Assembly (NCBI GenBank): GCA_045806245.1
Contig: JBJMJR010000012.1
Span: 3,941 to 67,940, forward strand
Length of the DNA stretch: 64,000 bases
DNA from: Gaiellaceae bacterium
GTDB lineage: Bacteria > Actinomycetota > Thermoleophilia > Gaiellales > Gaiellaceae
Direction: 5' to 3'
Made by a program: the position numbers and the translations under genes
Notes under the pieces: model-generated
Database searches by the model: none
Told to the model about the DNA's origin: nothing
The model's input: only the letters and a program-made list of their open reading frames with translations
In this document: positions 61,923 to 64,000 of the stretch, one piece after another
How the letters are laid out: each line of letters opens with the position of its first letter
Position numbering within the stretch: position 1 is the first letter of the stretch

Positions 61923-61937
61923 CAGGGACTGTCCCTG
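61923..61937. promoter_or_regulatory. 15-bp perfect palindrome CAGGGACTGTCCCTG upstream of hbd (candidate operator)
   Basis: It ends 25 bp upstream of the hbd ATG. Confidence 0.3.
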
Positions 61938-61961
61938 GGACACGGCCGTTAGGCTCGCGCC

Positions 61962-62795
61962 ATGGAGTTCGAGGACGTCCTCGTCGTCGGCGCCGGACAG
62001 ATGGGCGGAGGGATCGCACAGGTCGTCGCCGCGTCGGGACGGCATGTGTCGCTCTACGACGCGCAGCCGGGCGCGACCGAGCGCGCGCTCGAGGCGATGC
62101 GCAAGAGCCTGGCGAAGCTCGAGGAGAAGGGCGGTGCCCCTGCGGACGAGGTGGTCGGGCGCATCACCGTCGTCGAAGACCTCGTTCCGTCCGCGCTGAT
62201 GATCGAGGCGGTCGTCGAGGACGCGGACACGAAGGAGCAACTCTTCCGCCGGGCCGACGAGGAGCTGCCGCCGGCCGCGGTGCTCGCATCGAACACCTCG
62301 TCGATCCCGATCGGGACGCTGGCAGCCGCAACCGACCGGCCCGACAAGGTGATCGGCATGCACTTCTTCAACCCGGTGCCCGTGTTGAAGCTCGTCGAGA
62401 TCATCCGCGGGCGCGAGACGTCCGACGAGACGGCGGAGCGGATCACCAACCTGGCGCGCGAGCTCGGGAAGACGCCCGCGGTCGCGAACGACTTTCCCGG
62501 CTTCGTCTCCAACCGGATCCTGATGCCGTTCATCAACGAGGCGGCGTGGGCGCTCCAGGACGGCGTGGCCGAGGCCGAGGCGATCGACACCATCGCCAAG
62601 CTCGGATTCGCGCACCCGCTCGGCCCGCTGGCGCTGGCCGACCTGATCGGGCTGGACACGTGCGTGGCGATCATGGAGGTGCTCGAGGAGGGTCTCGGCG
62701 ACGACCGTTACGCCCCCTGTCCGCTCCTCCGCGAGCACGTTGCCGCAGGGCGTCTGGGCCGGAAATCGGGCTCAGGCTTCTACGAATACGCGTAA
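61962..62795 (+). CDS. hbd: 3-hydroxybutyryl-CoA dehydrogenase
   Basis: '[16 protein letters not shown]', 'SNTSS', 'HFFNPVP', 'GFV.NR', and a C-terminal dimerisation domain. Confidence 0.9.
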   Translation: MEFEDVLVVGAGQMGGGIAQVVAASGRHVSLYDAQPGATERALEAMRKSLAKLEEKGGAPADEVVGRITVVEDLVPSALMIEAVVEDADTKEQLFRRADEELPPAAVLASNTSSIPIGTLAAATDRPDKVIGMHFFNPVPVLKLVEIIRGRETSDETAERITNLARELGKTPAVANDFPGFVSNRILMPFINEAAWALQDGVAEAEAIDTIAKLGFAHPLGPLALADLIGLDTCVAIMEVLEEGLGDDRYAPCPLLREHVAAGRLGRKSGSGFYEYA

Positions 62796-62923
62796 CAACG
62801 CGTAAAAACCCCGCTCGTTGCAGGTTTTCGTCACAGCGGGCGTCTTCTCTTACATGACTCAAGTCAGAGCGGCCTGCTGCCGAAAAAGCGGTCCAGGTAC
62901 GGGAACTCGGGAGGTCTCGCGTC

Positions 62924-64000
62924 GTGCGAATCCTGCTGGTCGATGACGATCCCGCCCTGCGGACGTTGCTGAGGACGACGTTCGAGGTGGCGGACGTGGA
63001 TGTCACCGAAGCTGACGGTGCAGATGCCGCACGCCGCCGTATCCGCGCGGCGCGCCCCGACGTCGTCGTCCTCGACGTGAACATGCCGGGGACGACGGGC
63101 CTCGAGCTCTGCCTGGAACTGAAGGCCGATCCGGCGACGAGCGACATCCCGGTGATCCTCCTGACCGGCTCGACCGGCGGGACGAGCACGGAGGCGAAGC
63201 GGGTCGGCGCCGACGCGTTCGTGCGCAAGCCCTTCAGCCCGCTCGAGCTGCTCGCGATCGCCGAGCGCCTCGCGGGTGGTCTCTACGGCGTGCCGTTCCG
63301 CGCCGCGAAGAAGCGCGGCGCGGGTGCCGACGAGCCGTTGCTGCTGTACGCGCGCGACCTGCGCCACATGCTGGAGCTCGAGCGCGGACAGCGCGAGCTG
63401 CTGCAGAGCGCTTACATGCAAACCGTCTCGGCGCTCGCGAGCGCGCTCGAATCGAAGGACACAGGCACGCGCGCGCACTCGCAGCGTGTCCAGAACTACG
63501 CAACCGCGCTTGCGCAGCAGGTCGGCGAAGCAGATGTCGTGCGCGACCCGAGCACGCCGTACGGGTTCCTGCTGCACGACGTGGGCAAGATCGGGATCCC
63601 CGACGGAATCCTGCGGAAGCCGGGCCCGCTCAGCGCAGCCGAGCGCCGGCGCATGCAGACGCACACGGTGCTCGGCGAGGCCATGCTCTCGGGCGTCGCG
63701 TTCCTGAAGGGCGAAGGGCTCAAGATCGTCCGCTCGCACCACGAGCGCTGGGACGGCCGCGGCTATCCCGACGGCCTCGGTGGCGACGAGATCCCGCTGG
63801 GCGCGCGAATCTTCGCGGTCGCGGACTCCCTCGACGCAATGACGAGTCATCGCCCCTACCGCCGGGCGCTGAGCTGGCAGACGGCGCGCACGGAAATCCT
63901 CGGGCAGCGCAAGCGCCAGTTCGATCCGGACGTCGTCGACGCGTTCCTCTCCGCAGAGGCCGCGCTGAAAGAGATCCGCCGGGAGCTCGCGGCAGCCTAG
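62924..64000 (+). CDS. response regulator with HD-GYP output domain (RpfG-like)
   Basis: REC domain ('ILLVDDD', 'VVVLDVNMPG', 'ILLTG...A.AFV.KP') followed by 'HSQRV', 'LLHDVGKIGIP', 'HHERWDGRGYPDGL'. The TAG stop is at the window end. Confidence 0.85.
   Translation: MRILLVDDDPALRTLLRTTFEVADVDVTEADGADAARRRIRAARPDVVVLDVNMPGTTGLELCLELKADPATSDIPVILLTGSTGGTSTEAKRVGADAFVRKPFSPLELLAIAERLAGGLYGVPFRAAKKRGAGADEPLLLYARDLRHMLELERGQRELLQSAYMQTVSALASALESKDTGTRAHSQRVQNYATALAQQVGEADVVRDPSTPYGFLLHDVGKIGIPDGILRKPGPLSAAERRRMQTHTVLGEAMLSGVAFLKGEGLKIVRSHHERWDGRGYPDGLGGDEIPLGARIFAVADSLDAMTSHRPYRRALSWQTARTEILGQRKRQFDPDVVDAFLSAEAALKEIRRELAAA

Noticed and set aside
1-64000. CRISPR arrays, long tandem repeats, IS elements, rRNA
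   Set aside because: On reading through the window I saw no regularly spaced direct repeats, no transposase-like ORFs or terminal inverted repeats, and no rRNA-like conserved stretches. The only repeats are short palindromic hairpins.

Overview
Gene-dense, very high-G+C bacterial chromosome segment with about 66 protein-coding genes and 2 tRNAs. I saw no rRNA, CRISPR array, transposase or integrase. The style fits a high-GC Gram-positive (Actinomycetota-like) genome: GTG/TTG starts, many 1-4 nt start/stop overlaps (GTGA/ATGA/TTGA), back-to-back divergent genes with almost no intergenic DNA, and GC-rich hairpins at convergent gene ends. The lineage cannot be assigned without a database search. 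Backbone content: comM (fragment)-dprA; pntAA-pntAB-pntB followed by a block of GT2, PglC-like phosphoglycosyltransferase, ornithine-cyclodeaminase-family protein and alpha/beta-hydrolase; an IDH/IPMDH-family dehydrogenase; topoisomerase IB; addB-addA; nth; corA; trxB; rmuC; gdhA; ppx; a complete, translationally coupled trpE-G-D-CF-B-A operon; thiolase and hbd; two HD-GYP proteins; an orphan PAS histidine kinase; an ABC-2 exporter; an orphan family-5 SBP. Because of the G+C content, most long ORFs in the six-frame track are shadow frames or 5'-overextended, so I re-called many starts by hand. Main leads: (1) a full-length eRF1/Pelota-like 'baeRF' protein with a GGW-SQ loop and a zinc knuckle, between DUF488 and rmuC (26.1-29.1 kb); (2) an untracked 22-codon Trp-Ala-Trp leader peptide plus intrinsic terminator upstream of trpE, consistent with a ribosome-mediated attenuator; (3) a visibly lower-GC accessory stretch next to tRNA-fMet carrying a beta-helix exoprotein, two divergent P-loop kinase-like genes and a small-protein + ParB/Srx-like two-gene module; (4) a tRNA-Leu(UAA), the rare-codon 'bldA-type' tRNA; the only in-frame TTA I found by eye is in an orphan low-GC gene; (5) several structured non-coding elements and two candidate small proteins. 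I did not find an unmistakable new multi-gene system. The candidates are ranked by interest. All functional calls for hypothetical proteins are inferences from motifs read by eye and need HMM or structure confirmation.
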